DNA of 64,000 nucleotides from the NCBI GenBank assembly GCA_947650875.1, contig CANSXE010000002.1, forward strand, positions 1,232 through 65,231. Reading direction: 5' to 3'. A program made the translations under genes and the position numbers. Positions 48,301-57,929 of the stretch are shown piece after piece (the first letter of the stretch is position 1; each line of letters opens with the position of its first letter). The notes below the pieces were generated by a model. It searched no databases and was not told the DNA's origin. It worked only from the letters and a program-made list of their open reading frames with translations. The DNA is from an uncultured Bacillota bacterium. GTDB lineage: Bacteria > Bacillota > Clostridia > Oscillospirales > Oscillospiraceae.

Positions 48301-51179
48301 AGCCGTTTACCACCGCGTTCTCCAAGGTGTATATGCGCAATACGGGCGTGGACGAGTTGCCCGTGTGGAGAAGCAATATTGAGTCAGGGCGGCACCCCGA
48401 TGACCCGGAGTATGCCCGTAATGACGTTACGTTCCGGCTGAGTCCCCAGTCCACAAAAAACACAGACCCCTCCAACAGATTTGATATCCTGATCTACACC
48501 GATACCTCCATCGACTTCGACCTGTATTACCGGATTACCAACAAGCAGGGGGAGGCCCTTGAAAAGGGTGCAGCCAACCTAGAGTATGCGGATAATGTGT
48601 TCAAAGATTATCTTGTAGAAATTCCTGACACTGATAAGCCTGATAAAAACGGCTGGCGTTTTTTAGGCAGTAAGAAAAATGTGCAGGCTAGCAACGGCGT
48701 ATCTGTGGGAAAGGATTTCAACGGGTGTCAAAGCAATGCGTCCAAGGGATTCCCTGAGCTGAGAAACTTCAGCGAAGAGTTGTATTATGAGTTTGTCATT
48801 TCCATTACCAGAGACGGCAATCAGTCGGAGTATAAAAACTTCAGCGAGCCGGTAACGCTGGATATTTACGTTGAAGCGGGCCGGAACACCGCCATCGCTT
48901 ATCTGGCCAACCAGCCGGGGCAGCGGGAAAACTGTGAAGCGAGTGGATTGGGACAGGATAATGGCGTTGCAAACATTGGTCTGAATCAGAATAACGGGGC
49001 CAATCATCTGGAAATTACAAAACCCTTCACAAATACCCGCCCCCCTGAATTCCGGGAGAACATGCCTTGGTTCAGCGCCGATGAAACAGGAAAGAGCAAA
49101 CCAAAATATGACACAGACAAGCTTGCGATTGTAGGCGATACCTTTGCCTATATGTTTGTAAACCTGAACGCGCAGGGTACGGTCCACTATGTAATTTCCC
49201 CCGCTACAAGGGGTATTACCCTGGAGCTGAAAGAAAACGGCAATCCAGTTGCTGACAAAGATGTGCCGGGAAAGGTCCCGACAGACGGTTTTGATCCAAA
49301 GGCGGCTGATTATAAGCAAGACGCCAGCGGAAAGGCTAAGCTGACTGTTACCAATCCCCTGGCCCTGGAGATTGCTGAGCACGACAAGTACTACGACAAG
49401 CAGACATACCCCCAGCAGGACTCCTTTGACTACAACAGCTCGGGTACGGTGGGGATTCCGGTGAGCGGCCTGGAGGCGGAGACGGAGTACTATGTCTACT
49501 TTGTGTTGGAGGCCAAGACCGACGGCAGCTCAACGGGCGAATGGTCCCAGGTGTATGTCTACAAGTTCAAAACCGCCAAGACGACAAAGCCCAGAATCAG
49601 CCTGGACGATACCCGGCAGGGCATTGTGAATATCCGCACCCGTTACAGCAACGATGCCGACTCTTACCTCAATGTGTCTTCCGACCTGCATTGGATCGTA
49701 TTCACAAAGGGCCAGGGCGAAAACCAACTGAGCGGCTCGTTTACAGTACCAACGACAGATGGGGCGAATGCTATAAAGGGATATAATGATATTGACACTC
49801 TGCTGAAGGCCCTGACAACCACTTACGATGCCGCCACGGCTTATGGAGTGGGAGAAACCGGTGGCCCCACAGATATTCCCGACAACGCAAAATATGGTAC
49901 GGAATACGATGGACTGACTGTCTTCGATGTGTTTGCCACCACCGCCGATCGGCAAAAGGTGGAGACCCTTGTGCGGAATACCCCGTCGGGAACGGGCAAG
50001 GTAAATGAAGGGGACGTGCAGACCCGTCCCACTGACTTTACGGCCAGGGCCGACTGGGTGACAAATGGAGATAATGTGCTGCCCGAACCCAACGATTATC
50101 TGATTCTGGTGGCCGGCCACAACATTGGCAGCAAGGCCGGCGATAACGGCGAATGGGCCATAGACAGCTTCCGAGCCTACAGCGGCGTTATACTCCAGGA
50201 TTTGTCGGCGCCAAGCCTGAGCGGGGATGCCAGCATCGGAGGATATGTCAGGTTTGACACGGACACTACTACAGGCGCCGCGAAGACGATTTCGGGAGCA
50301 ATAAGTCTCCACTTTACAAAGGCTGTATATTGGCGCGCTAATGGAACAGATTATGAGGTAACGTCGGGCGGTGACAAAACTGAGGCTACGACTACACCTT
50401 CCAAACCTGCCACAGTCGGTATTCTATACAACATATCAGACAGCACTATCAAGACTAAGCTGACAGGGACTGGCGGGCCTCAGGACTTTACGATCAACTT
50501 TAAGGAAATCCCGTTGAACGGTGCTTATTTTACCCTCCTGACCAACGGAAATATTGCCGCATATAAGGGTAACGCAAGGACGGACCGGCTCACGATCCAG
50601 ATTGGCAGAGAGCGCGTGACGGAAGCAATCGCCGGTGGTGGTACAAGGAGCGGTTACAAGCCTTATTTCGTCGTTACCTTTGGTAACGAAGGCGGACAGA
50701 AGATTTACGGCGATATCGTTTGGGATGGCGGCGGAAACATTATCAATACCAACCCAACCGCCCCGGTGCTGGGCAGCGTGGGCAAAACCGGGCCCGGCAA
50801 CGGCATTTACTACAATGCAACCATTTCGCTGCCCTACGACCAGGCGATCACCGTGAAAAACGCAAGCGGTACCACCGTCACCGGGAACGCCATTTTGGGC
50901 GGGGCGAAGTATACGGTGGCCGCGGGAGAGACTGACAGCGCAAGCAAACAGGTTACGGCGTCGGTAAACGGCAGGATCCTTACCATTCAGCTGAAGAGCG
51001 TGCCCTTCGGCAGCATTAAGATCAACGGCTTGAAAATTTATGACAAGGCCACCGGAACGATGTATACACCGTGCGACCTGGAGATCAGCGTAGTCAAATC
51101 GACCGGCACAAACAGTCAGAATCCAGTGTCTGCAATTGTTCCCAAGCTGCAGGTGAAGGTAAACGGTGTGGAAAAGTGA
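45309..51179 (+). CDS. Large SLH-domain surface protein (1956 aa)
   Basis: Signal peptide, three N-terminal SLH repeats (LTRAEF, LTREQA, VSKAQM), repeated FN3-like modules. Confidence 0.85.
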   Translation: MSHRTKTQSRTWRERALSLFLAAVMLFGLLPGLTVPAEAHWADGYLDQLVDWGIIRPDQTTNPDAPLTRAEFTAIVNRAYGYTEVGPIPFTDVVSTDWFYDDVAIAYTAGYMAGTSATTASPNASLTREQAVCILGRNMMLKSTAGESLAFTDSRSVSDWARGTIKTAVDNYIVSGYPDNTFQPLAAVSKAQMAVLITQCLGTPVSQSGTYELGGVFGNVTITAPDVTLRNTTISGDLYISGGVGLGGIKLENVNVLGRIIVSSSGESESGDASVIMRNVNAREMLVDNMRNKTVTVRADGITEIGNTIVRTSAYLEDNNTDDKGLLNISLEGEPGIRLTLAGRIKNVVNKTPQSTVQVAKGTVAKLTVDEKATNSTVQIDRNAEVKELNLDVGTNVIGEGDIGKLNVNAPGSVVTMLPDKIYIRPGLDASIGGIIMDSTAAEEGSTDPRLLSGYPAAKDIAPTSFRADFSGNKKGTVFWAVSSISDGSIGEEELINPPSYGSKAIQGGSVAAAAGNTVVNAQVTGLTVAGSYYLSALLRDEQGRTSPVKVISFSTPDNTVPAFAQGYPYMSRTTRDVAQVTVMPTKTCKLYYALLPQGAQAPTVNELKSAAVIGNLGYGVRDVTKNTEDVFTVNNQRLEELKNYVLYLWLTDVNGANSSAVQALPFVVPDETPPEFVVDLHVDGNAQETTVPVAATLNENGTIYWAVVESGAKYPLPNMNSDPLSEDNEIDPETGNVVSSKLDSEYAKLCVKSGMGALARGQTAAQGKTEVKFNITGLKAEKAYDLYYLAQDTAGNYTIKVYKLEGGIHTKDVNGPVITQSFTSVPSRDDPNSPWASTDIVLEFSENIRCSASGEGKDFLTLYNNKVKAETAGEMTSIDIKLFLDALKTSIVLYRIDPESQTPEKVATKQDDPEPADDVWVVDYSKVTVTTKGEGRIVVTFPGTESAPDKPAVRLANGEQYFFRFNFITDTSPEMNPVDRNNTTVDYTNAEEKHSIKPFTTAFSKVYMRNTGVDELPVWRSNIESGRHPDDPEYARNDVTFRLSPQSTKNTDPSNRFDILIYTDTSIDFDLYYRITNKQGEALEKGAANLEYADNVFKDYLVEIPDTDKPDKNGWRFLGSKKNVQASNGVSVGKDFNGCQSNASKGFPELRNFSEELYYEFVISITRDGNQSEYKNFSEPVTLDIYVEAGRNTAIAYLANQPGQRENCEASGLGQDNGVANIGLNQNNGANHLEITKPFTNTRPPEFRENMPWFSADETGKSKPKYDTDKLAIVGDTFAYMFVNLNAQGTVHYVISPATRGITLELKENGNPVADKDVPGKVPTDGFDPKAADYKQDASGKAKLTVTNPLALEIAEHDKYYDKQTYPQQDSFDYNSSGTVGIPVSGLEAETEYYVYFVLEAKTDGSSTGEWSQVYVYKFKTAKTTKPRISLDDTRQGIVNIRTRYSNDADSYLNVSSDLHWIVFTKGQGENQLSGSFTVPTTDGANAIKGYNDIDTLLKALTTTYDAATAYGVGETGGPTDIPDNAKYGTEYDGLTVFDVFATTADRQKVETLVRNTPSGTGKVNEGDVQTRPTDFTARADWVTNGDNVLPEPNDYLILVAGHNIGSKAGDNGEWAIDSFRAYSGVILQDLSAPSLSGDASIGGYVRFDTDTTTGAAKTISGAISLHFTKAVYWRANGTDYEVTSGGDKTEATTTPSKPATVGILYNISDSTIKTKLTGTGGPQDFTINFKEIPLNGAYFTLLTNGNIAAYKGNARTDRLTIQIGRERVTEAIAGGGTRSGYKPYFVVTFGNEGGQKIYGDIVWDGGGNIINTNPTAPVLGSVGKTGPGNGIYYNATISLPYDQAITVKNASGTTVTGNAILGGAKYTVAAGETDSASKQVTASVNGRILTIQLKSVPFGSIKINGLKIYDKATGTMYTPCDLEISVVKSTGTNSQNPVSAIVPKLQVKVNGVEK

Positions 51180-51258
51180 TGAACCCCACGGGAGCGGGCC
51201 CCCGGTCCGCTCCCGCCGTTCCATGAAGTAAATTTGACCTCAAAAGGAGGGTTTCAGC

Positions 51259-54200
51259 GTGAAAACATCTCTGGGCCGCCGCTGGCTGTCGCTGCTGCTG
51301 ACCGCTGTTCTGTGCCTGAGTCTCGCCCCGGCGGCGTGGGCGGATGGGGAGGACGGCGGCGATAAGCCCGACGATACGAATAAGCCGAAATCGGTTACCA
51401 TTAACACGAAGTCACCCCTTTATACCATAAAGGGGCTGTCCGCTACGCTCAGCGTTACCACCGAGCCGGAAGGGCAGGTTGTGGCGTGGGAGTCGGCGGA
51501 TGAGGAAGTTGTCACAATCAACAACTTTACAAAGGTGCTCAGCGCCCACAAGCCCGGCGAGACGACCGTTGTCGCCTATCTGGAGGACGACCCGTCGGTG
51601 AAATCAGCGCCCTTGACGGTAGTCGTCAGCGGCATCGAAATTATGGAGGACCCTCTCCCGGTGGACGAGAACGGCATGACCGATCTGGCCGGTGTTGTGA
51701 AGTGTTACGGCGACGCCAGAGAGAGCACCCTGAGCTTCAGCACCCGGGACAGCTACACCGCGGAAATCATCGGGACGGGCAAGAACGCGCGGGTGAAGGG
51801 CCTGCGGGTGGGAACGGCTACCATTGAGGTCCGGGCCAACGAAGGAAGGTATATTGAAACCTTCACCGTCCAGGTGGAGCCCGACCCCAGCACGCTGGTG
51901 GACGGCGGAAAGCTGGGGAGGAACGACACCCTGCCCTTCACCGAGCTGTACGGCGATTTCAGCAGCCAGCTGGCAGGGAAGGTGACCTACATCACCGGCC
52001 TGATGGTGTCCTCCACCGCCCAGGGCACACTGTATTACAAGTATAACTCCGAAGCCGAGCCCGGCGCCGGTGTGGCTCAGATTGAAAACTACTATGTTCG
52101 CAATGTCAAGCCGGGCCAGCGGGACATTCGGGACGTCACCTTTGTGCCGAAAACCACCTTTGTGGGCGGCGAGGTGACCATCAGCTACACCGCCATTACC
52201 GAGGACGGGGGGAATTACTCCTGTAAAATCACCATTGAGGTGGAGCCGGGGGGCGGTGGCGGAGAAGGCAGCGCCGACAACATTACCCTGGACACCAAGT
52301 ACAACTCCGCCGTCCAGTTTGACGCCAACGAGTTTGACCGGGTGTGCAAGGAGCGCACCGGCGCCAGCCTGAACTATGTCACCTTTGCCACGCCGCCCGT
52401 CCGCCAGGGTACGCTGTATACCAACTACTCCGGTACGAGTGACTATGGCCGGCCTGTCTCCACCACCACCCAGTACAGATACCGTGACCTGAACGATATC
52501 TGGTTTGTCCCCGCGCCCGGCTACACGGGACCGGTGACCATTTACTACACCGGCCGCAGCTCGGGCAGTCCGGGCAAAACCTATACCGGTCAGGTGGTTA
52601 TTAAGGTGGCCCAGGAGAACTCAGGCGCGAACATCGGCGGACTGAGCTACAGCATCACCACCGGCGGTACGGTCCGCTTTGACGACGAGGATTTTAACGA
52701 CTACTGTCACGATGTATTGGACAGCTACCAGAACATCAGCTTCCTCCAGTTCACGGCCATGCCAAGCCGAAGCGAGGGCGTGCTGTATTACGACTATCGC
52801 TCCACCACCAGTACCGGCACCCCGGTCGCCGCAGGGACGGTCTACTACTACGGCACCCGCACCCCGCGGCTGGACCGGCTCACCTTTGTGGCGGCGGAGA
52901 ACTTTATCGGCACGGTGCGGATTCCCTTCAGTGCCCAGAGCACCGACGGCACCACCTTCTCCGGCAATGTGGAGATCAACGTCCGGGGGGGCGTAGGCTC
53001 CGGGGATATCCAATACACCTGTACGCCGGGCCGCTCGGTGGACTTTGACGACACCCACTTCAACAGACTGTCCCGGGACCTGACCGGCAGCGCCTTGAAC
53101 TATGTGATGTTCCAGAACCTGCCCGGCAGCTCAGACGGTACGCTGTATTACAACAACAGCACAGCCCGGACCAATACCCGTTATTATAACGGCAGCAGCA
53201 ATCCCCGCATCGACAACCTGACCTTCCGGGCGTCCAACAGCTTCTCTGTGGTGGATATCCCCTTCACTGGCTACGCCACCGACGGCAGCAGCTTTAACGG
53301 GGTGATTACCATCTCGTCTGACGGCAGCTCCGCCGGCAGCGGCGGAAACATCCGCTACTCCACCGACTCCAAGTCCGCCGCGGTCTTTGACAGGGATGAC
53401 TTTGACGATCTTTCCCAGTGGGAGACCGACCGGGATATCAGCTCCGTCCGCTTTGAGATTCCCAGCTCCAGCCAGGGCTCGCTGTACCGGAATTACCGCT
53501 CCAGCTCCAGCCAGGGCACCCGGATCACCTCTTCCACCTCCATCTCCGCCAGCGACCTGGACCGGGTGGCTTTCGTCCCCGCCAGCGGCTATAGCGGAAC
53601 AGTCTATATCGACTTCAGGGCGACGGCCACCGGCAATGGCGGCAACTTTAACGGAACGGTGGAGATTGACGTGGAGCGGGCCACGGCGGATGTTACGGTG
53701 CGGTACTCCACCCGGACCGATCCGGTGGACTTCCGGGCCAGCGATTTCGCCCTGAGCGGCCGCAGCCTGAGCAGTATTCGTTTTGGCTCCATGCCCTCCT
53801 CCAACGAGGGTTATCTGTATTATCAATACATCAATTCATCAAACTACGGCCGGCAGGCCAGTATCGGGACCACCTACCGGGTCAGCGGCAGCAATCTGAT
53901 TTCCGACCTGACCTTTGTCCCGCGGGTGGGCTACAGCGGAACGGTGTCCATTCCATACACCGGAACGAACTCCAATGGCTCCACCTTTGACGGCGAGGTG
54001 CTGATTACGGTCTCGTCCAGCTACAACTCCCGCTATTTCAACGATATGGCGGGCTACAGCGCGGCCCAGCAGGCGGCGGTGGACTACCTCTATGACCACA
54101 ACATTACCCGGGGCCTGAGCACGGGCCAGTATGGGCCGGAGAGCCATATCCGCCGGGGTGACTTTGCCCGGATGGTCTATATAGCCTTTGGCCTGAGCCC

Positions 54201-54579
54201 CAGCGGCACCTCCGGCACCTTCTATGATGTGCCCTACGGCGCCTATTATGCCGAGGCGGTGAATACCCTGGCGGCCCGGGGCATTGTAAGCGGTACGGGA
54301 GGGGGCTACTTCTCCCCTGACAGCGCCCTTACCCGGCAGGACGCCATCTGTATCGTGCAGCGGGCTATGCGCGCGACAGGCTGGAATGTGGACGATGGCA
54401 GCACCAGCGTTCTGTATTCCTACGGCGACGGCAGCAGTGTCTCCGGCTATGCACAGAAGGCTATGGCCTTTGCCGTTCAGCGGGGCTACCTGCCCACCAG
54501 CGGCGGCCGGCTCAGCCCCACACAGCCCTTGACCAGGGTAGACATGGCGGAAATTATACACCGGGTTTTGACCTATTAA
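51259..54579 (+). CDS. SLH-domain surface protein with Ig-like domains and six tandem beta-rich repeats
   Basis: Signal peptide, repeated G.LY..Y...L.FVP..G..G.V.I motif, C-terminal SLH repeats (IRRGDF, LTRQDA, LTRVDM). Confidence 0.85.
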   Translation: MKTSLGRRWLSLLLTAVLCLSLAPAAWADGEDGGDKPDDTNKPKSVTINTKSPLYTIKGLSATLSVTTEPEGQVVAWESADEEVVTINNFTKVLSAHKPGETTVVAYLEDDPSVKSAPLTVVVSGIEIMEDPLPVDENGMTDLAGVVKCYGDARESTLSFSTRDSYTAEIIGTGKNARVKGLRVGTATIEVRANEGRYIETFTVQVEPDPSTLVDGGKLGRNDTLPFTELYGDFSSQLAGKVTYITGLMVSSTAQGTLYYKYNSEAEPGAGVAQIENYYVRNVKPGQRDIRDVTFVPKTTFVGGEVTISYTAITEDGGNYSCKITIEVEPGGGGGEGSADNITLDTKYNSAVQFDANEFDRVCKERTGASLNYVTFATPPVRQGTLYTNYSGTSDYGRPVSTTTQYRYRDLNDIWFVPAPGYTGPVTIYYTGRSSGSPGKTYTGQVVIKVAQENSGANIGGLSYSITTGGTVRFDDEDFNDYCHDVLDSYQNISFLQFTAMPSRSEGVLYYDYRSTTSTGTPVAAGTVYYYGTRTPRLDRLTFVAAENFIGTVRIPFSAQSTDGTTFSGNVEINVRGGVGSGDIQYTCTPGRSVDFDDTHFNRLSRDLTGSALNYVMFQNLPGSSDGTLYYNNSTARTNTRYYNGSSNPRIDNLTFRASNSFSVVDIPFTGYATDGSSFNGVITISSDGSSAGSGGNIRYSTDSKSAAVFDRDDFDDLSQWETDRDISSVRFEIPSSSQGSLYRNYRSSSSQGTRITSSTSISASDLDRVAFVPASGYSGTVYIDFRATATGNGGNFNGTVEIDVERATADVTVRYSTRTDPVDFRASDFALSGRSLSSIRFGSMPSSNEGYLYYQYINSSNYGRQASIGTTYRVSGSNLISDLTFVPRVGYSGTVSIPYTGTNSNGSTFDGEVLITVSSSYNSRYFNDMAGYSAAQQAAVDYLYDHNITRGLSTGQYGPESHIRRGDFARMVYIAFGLSPSGTSGTFYDVPYGAYYAEAVNTLAARGIVSGTGGGYFSPDSALTRQDAICIVQRAMRATGWNVDDGSTSVLYSYGDGSSVSGYAQKAMAFAVQRGYLPTSGGRLSPTQPLTRVDMAEIIHRVLTY

Positions 54580-54620
54580 AGGCGAAAACATCCCCGACCG
54601 ACGGTCGGGGATGTTTTTTG

Positions 54621-56762
54621 TCAAAAACGGTGGACCCATCCGGATGAAAACCAGACCGGGGCCAGCCAGGTGAGCATGTAGACCAGCAGATTCAGAGGGG
54701 ACAGGGATGTGTAGGCCCCCACCGAGGTGAGATAGGCAGCCAGTGCCATGCCCAGCAGGGAGCAGGCACAGCACAGCACCGCACCCAGCCGGGTTGCCCA
54801 TCGCAGCCGCTTGGCGGCGGTGATGGCCTCGGCAAAGGGGAGCAGGCCCTCCCGGCACAGCAGAGCGGTGAGAACGCCGTCATGCTCCTGGTCAGGGTCA
54901 GACAGCTCCCGCCGGCGTTCCACCGGAGGAAAAGCCATCTTTTCCGCTGCCAGCTTGAAGCGCTGGTGGAGCATGGCGGGAATCAGGTTAAAATCCCGGG
55001 TGGCCAGCACCGGCTCCACCCGTTCCATCATCAGAGACTCCAGAGCGGGAAATACGGTGTCAGGCAAGGTGTAGCTCAGGGCAAAAATGCCGGCCAGCTT
55101 GCCGTCGATGGCGCAGAAGACGGCATTTTTTACGTTAAGTCCCTGGGGCAGGCGGATTTCCATCAGCTTCATGAATGCGGCGGAGCCCACCAGCACCTGG
55201 TCGCCCCGGATGTTGGCGGACAGGCCGCCGCCCTCGTGGCATTGCAGGCCTTCGGCCCGGCGCATCAGTCCGCCCATAGACCGCAGGTGGTTGTGGAGCA
55301 GGGTGGTCAGGCCGCTGCCCGAGTCCCGGATGAGGGTGGCGGTATAGGCCATCACCCGTTCGGCGGGGTAGTCGGACATGACCTTGTAGCCGTTAAGCTC
55401 CACATAGCCGGGGGGGAAGAGATCGCCGTCGGTAATCAAAACACAGCAGCCCTTGCGGGAGGCGGCCACCCCCGGCCAGCCGGCCAGGGCGGCCCCGTTG
55501 GGGGACAGCCGCCGGATTACCTTGTGAAAGGAACGGCCATAGGCCAGTGCGCCCCCGAAGGCGGCGGTGGCAGAAAAGAGGGCGGACAGGGACCAGATGA
55601 GCCGTTCGGGATGTCCGCCGCCGGTGGAGGCCATCAGGGCGAAAACCACGTCTCCCACGGCGAGCAGGGGACAAAACCGGCGAAAAATACGCTGGGCGCC
55701 GTCGTCAGACTGAATCTGACTGCCGAAATCCTCCTGACTGCCCGACCACTTGGCGTAGGTGTCCTTTTCGCTCCACTTGCCCCTGTCCAGGGTGACCCGG
55801 TAGGGGGTGGCCGAGGAGGAAGCGGTGCGGCAGGCCAGCCGCAGGGCGCATTTTTTATGGTAGGAGCCGTGGAGCAGGAAAAACAGACACGCCAGACATA
55901 CCAGAGAGTAGGGCAGCCGCTGGGGCGGCTCGTCAGCTGTGGCCAGCCGGACCCCGTCGGCCAGGGTAAAGATACAGGCAAGGGCGGTCAAGGTGTCCAT
56001 TCCGAATTTCAGAACACAGGCCCGGACGATGCCGGCCGTCAATGCGTCGGCGGCCAGCAGAACGCCGAGGGCCAGCAGGACTGTGGAGAGGGCGCACTGA
56101 AGCTGGGGCTGATTCAGCTGTTCCGGGAGGGCGAGACCGATTACAGGGGCCAGGGACTGAATCAGGGCCGCGGCAGCCAGAAGGAAAACCAGAAGGCCCC
56201 GGGTCCGCATCCATTTCAGCCCCTTGCCGTACCGCCGGGCCAGCTCTGAGGGGGGGATGTCAGGGGGCGGAGGTTCCTGACGCCTGGGCCGCGGCGGGGA
56301 GGGGGGCTCGTCGTCGATTTCCTCCTGGTCGGTGCCGGGGATGAGACGCTCCAGACGGCGGACCTCCTCCTTGTCGATGGATTCGTCCTCCTCAAACATG
56401 TGGTCAGCGTAGTGGTCCGCCCTCTGGTTCAGGTCGTGGACGAGGGCGGACAGGCGGTTCCGTTTTTTGGGAAAGGGGGTGATGCGGGAGACCTCCTCCG
56501 GGATATCCTCCTCCGGGGGCTCGTCCTCTGGAAACGGCTCCTCCTCCAAAAACGGCTCCTCCGCTGAATCCGCTTCCTCCGGGGGCGGGGCGGTCCGCCT
56601 GCCGGGGAAGGCAACCACATTGTCCGGGACTTTGTCGGAAACGGGATGGCCGTACTCGGCGAGAATATCGTCCAGGGTGAAGTCCCCGCCGTCGGCGTCT
56701 CCGATCAGCGACTTGATGTCGATGAGCTCGCCCTTATTCTGTTTGTTTTCTTGGTCGCTCAT
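54621..56762 (-). CDS. Membrane protein resembling a degenerate P1B-type ATPase
   Basis: Acidic N-terminus, TM helices with GMDTL, N-domain-like GGGLSANIRGDQVLVGS and FCAIDGKLAGIF; no DKTGT, TGE or GDGxND. Confidence 0.65.
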   Translation of the reverse strand: MSDQENKQNKGELIDIKSLIGDADGGDFTLDDILAEYGHPVSDKVPDNVVAFPGRRTAPPPEEADSAEEPFLEEEPFPEDEPPEEDIPEEVSRITPFPKKRNRLSALVHDLNQRADHYADHMFEEDESIDKEEVRRLERLIPGTDQEEIDDEPPSPPRPRRQEPPPPDIPPSELARRYGKGLKWMRTRGLLVFLLAAAALIQSLAPVIGLALPEQLNQPQLQCALSTVLLALGVLLAADALTAGIVRACVLKFGMDTLTALACIFTLADGVRLATADEPPQRLPYSLVCLACLFFLLHGSYHKKCALRLACRTASSSATPYRVTLDRGKWSEKDTYAKWSGSQEDFGSQIQSDDGAQRIFRRFCPLLAVGDVVFALMASTGGGHPERLIWSLSALFSATAAFGGALAYGRSFHKVIRRLSPNGAALAGWPGVAASRKGCCVLITDGDLFPPGYVELNGYKVMSDYPAERVMAYTATLIRDSGSGLTTLLHNHLRSMGGLMRRAEGLQCHEGGGLSANIRGDQVLVGSAAFMKLMEIRLPQGLNVKNAVFCAIDGKLAGIFALSYTLPDTVFPALESLMMERVEPVLATRDFNLIPAMLHQRFKLAAEKMAFPPVERRRELSDPDQEHDGVLTALLCREGLLPFAEAITAAKRLRWATRLGAVLCCACSLLGMALAAYLTSVGAYTSLSPLNLLVYMLTWLAPVWFSSGWVHRF

Positions 56763-56778
56763 GAAAGGGACTCCTTGG

Positions 56779-57561
56779 TCAGTTCATTCTCTGTCTTACC
56801 GCCTCATACAGCAGCACCGCGGCGGCGGCGGATGCGTTGAGGGAGTTGATTTTGCCGAACATGGGGATGGACACGGTGAAGTCGCAGGTCTCCTCCACCA
56901 GCCGGCCCAGGCCGGAGCCCTCGCTGCCGATGACGATGGCGGCGGGCCCCTTCAGGTCGGCCTGATGCAGGGGGGTGGAGCCTCCCATGGTGGCCCCGAA
57001 GACCCAGACCCCCTCCTCCTTCAGCTCCTTGAGCAGGGCGGGCAGGTTGGGCACCCGGGCCACGGGGACGTGGGCCACCGCCCCGGCGGAGGTCTTGCCC
57101 ACGATGGCCGTCAGACCAGCGGACCGGCGCTTGGGGATAATCACCCCGTGGGCCCCGGCGGCGTCAGCGGTGCGGATGACCGCCCCCAGGTTGTGGGGGT
57201 CGGACAGCTCGTCGCACACCACGATGAGGGGCTTTTCCCCCTTCTCCCGGGCGGCGTTGAGGATATCGTCCACGGTGGCGTACTCCCGGACGGCGGCCTG
57301 GGCGATCACGCCCTGATGGGAGTGGGTGCGGCTCATGTTGTCCAGCTTGCGCCGGTCGGCGTCCACCACCACGATGCCCTTTTCCCGGGCGGCGGAAGCG
57401 ATGTGGCCCAGAGCGGCGTCGGTCTCCCCCTTGGCGATGAAGATTTTGTCGATGGTTATCCCGGCCCGCAGGGCCTCGGTGACTGCGTTGCGGCCCTCAA
57501 TAATGCCGTCGTTCTCCTGCTCCACAGGGGCGGAGCGGCGCAGCGGGGGGCGTTTGTTCAT
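56779..57561 (-). CDS. rlmB: 23S rRNA (G2251)-2'-O-methyltransferase RlmB
   Basis: EGRNAV.EAL, HQGV, DPHNLGAVIR, IGSEG.G, SLNAS motifs. Confidence 0.93.
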   Translation of the reverse strand: MNKRPPLRRSAPVEQENDGIIEGRNAVTEALRAGITIDKIFIAKGETDAALGHIASAAREKGIVVVDADRRKLDNMSRTHSHQGVIAQAAVREYATVDDILNAAREKGEKPLIVVCDELSDPHNLGAVIRTADAAGAHGVIIPKRRSAGLTAIVGKTSAGAVAHVPVARVPNLPALLKELKEEGVWVFGATMGGSTPLHQADLKGPAAIVIGSEGSGLGRLVEETCDFTVSIPMFGKINSLNASAAAAVLLYEAVRQRMN

Positions 57562-57722
57562 AGGTATCCAGTCCTTCCGATCTTAAATCATACATTATAT
57601 ATTTTATCACATTTACTTTCTGGATGGAAGGGCAAATTTTCGCTTACATAAAAATGTGCGGCGAAAATCAGCCGCATCCACTTCTATTTGTTGACAAGTT
57701 TAAAAAAAATGATATAATAAAG

Positions 57723-57826
57723 CCATAGAGACTGTTAGGCGGTCGCTATAGATTTAACTTAATCGCTTGCGGTGTTGTGAGCACCAGAAAGCAAGAAAGC
57801 CACCTATTGCAGTAGGTGGCTTTCCT
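57723..57826 (+). ncRNA. Putative type I antitoxin sRNA
   Basis: TTGACA-N16-TATAAT promoter (57691-57718), non-coding, ends at the GAAAGCCACCTA/TAGGTGGCTTTC hairpin next to the toxin stop. Confidence 0.55.
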
Positions 57827-57827
57827 C

Positions 57828-57929
57828 TTACTTCCTTCTGGCGCTTACGATTTGGATGATGATACCGGCTACGTTGACGCCGATGCCCAAAAGGGCAAGG
57901 ATTAGCATCAAAATATCGTAAGATACCAT
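57828..57929 (-). CDS. Putative type I (holin-like) toxin, 33 aa
   Basis: MVSYDILMLILALLGIGVNVAGIIIQIVSARRK; AAGGAGG SD in a hairpin; TTGACA-N17-TATAAT promoter at 58134-58106. Confidence 0.7.
   Translation of the reverse strand: MVSYDILMLILALLGIGVNVAGIIIQIVSARRK

Noticed and set aside
45309-54579. Diversity-generating retroelement acting on the surface proteins
   Set aside because: No reverse transcriptase and no template/variable repeat pair seen
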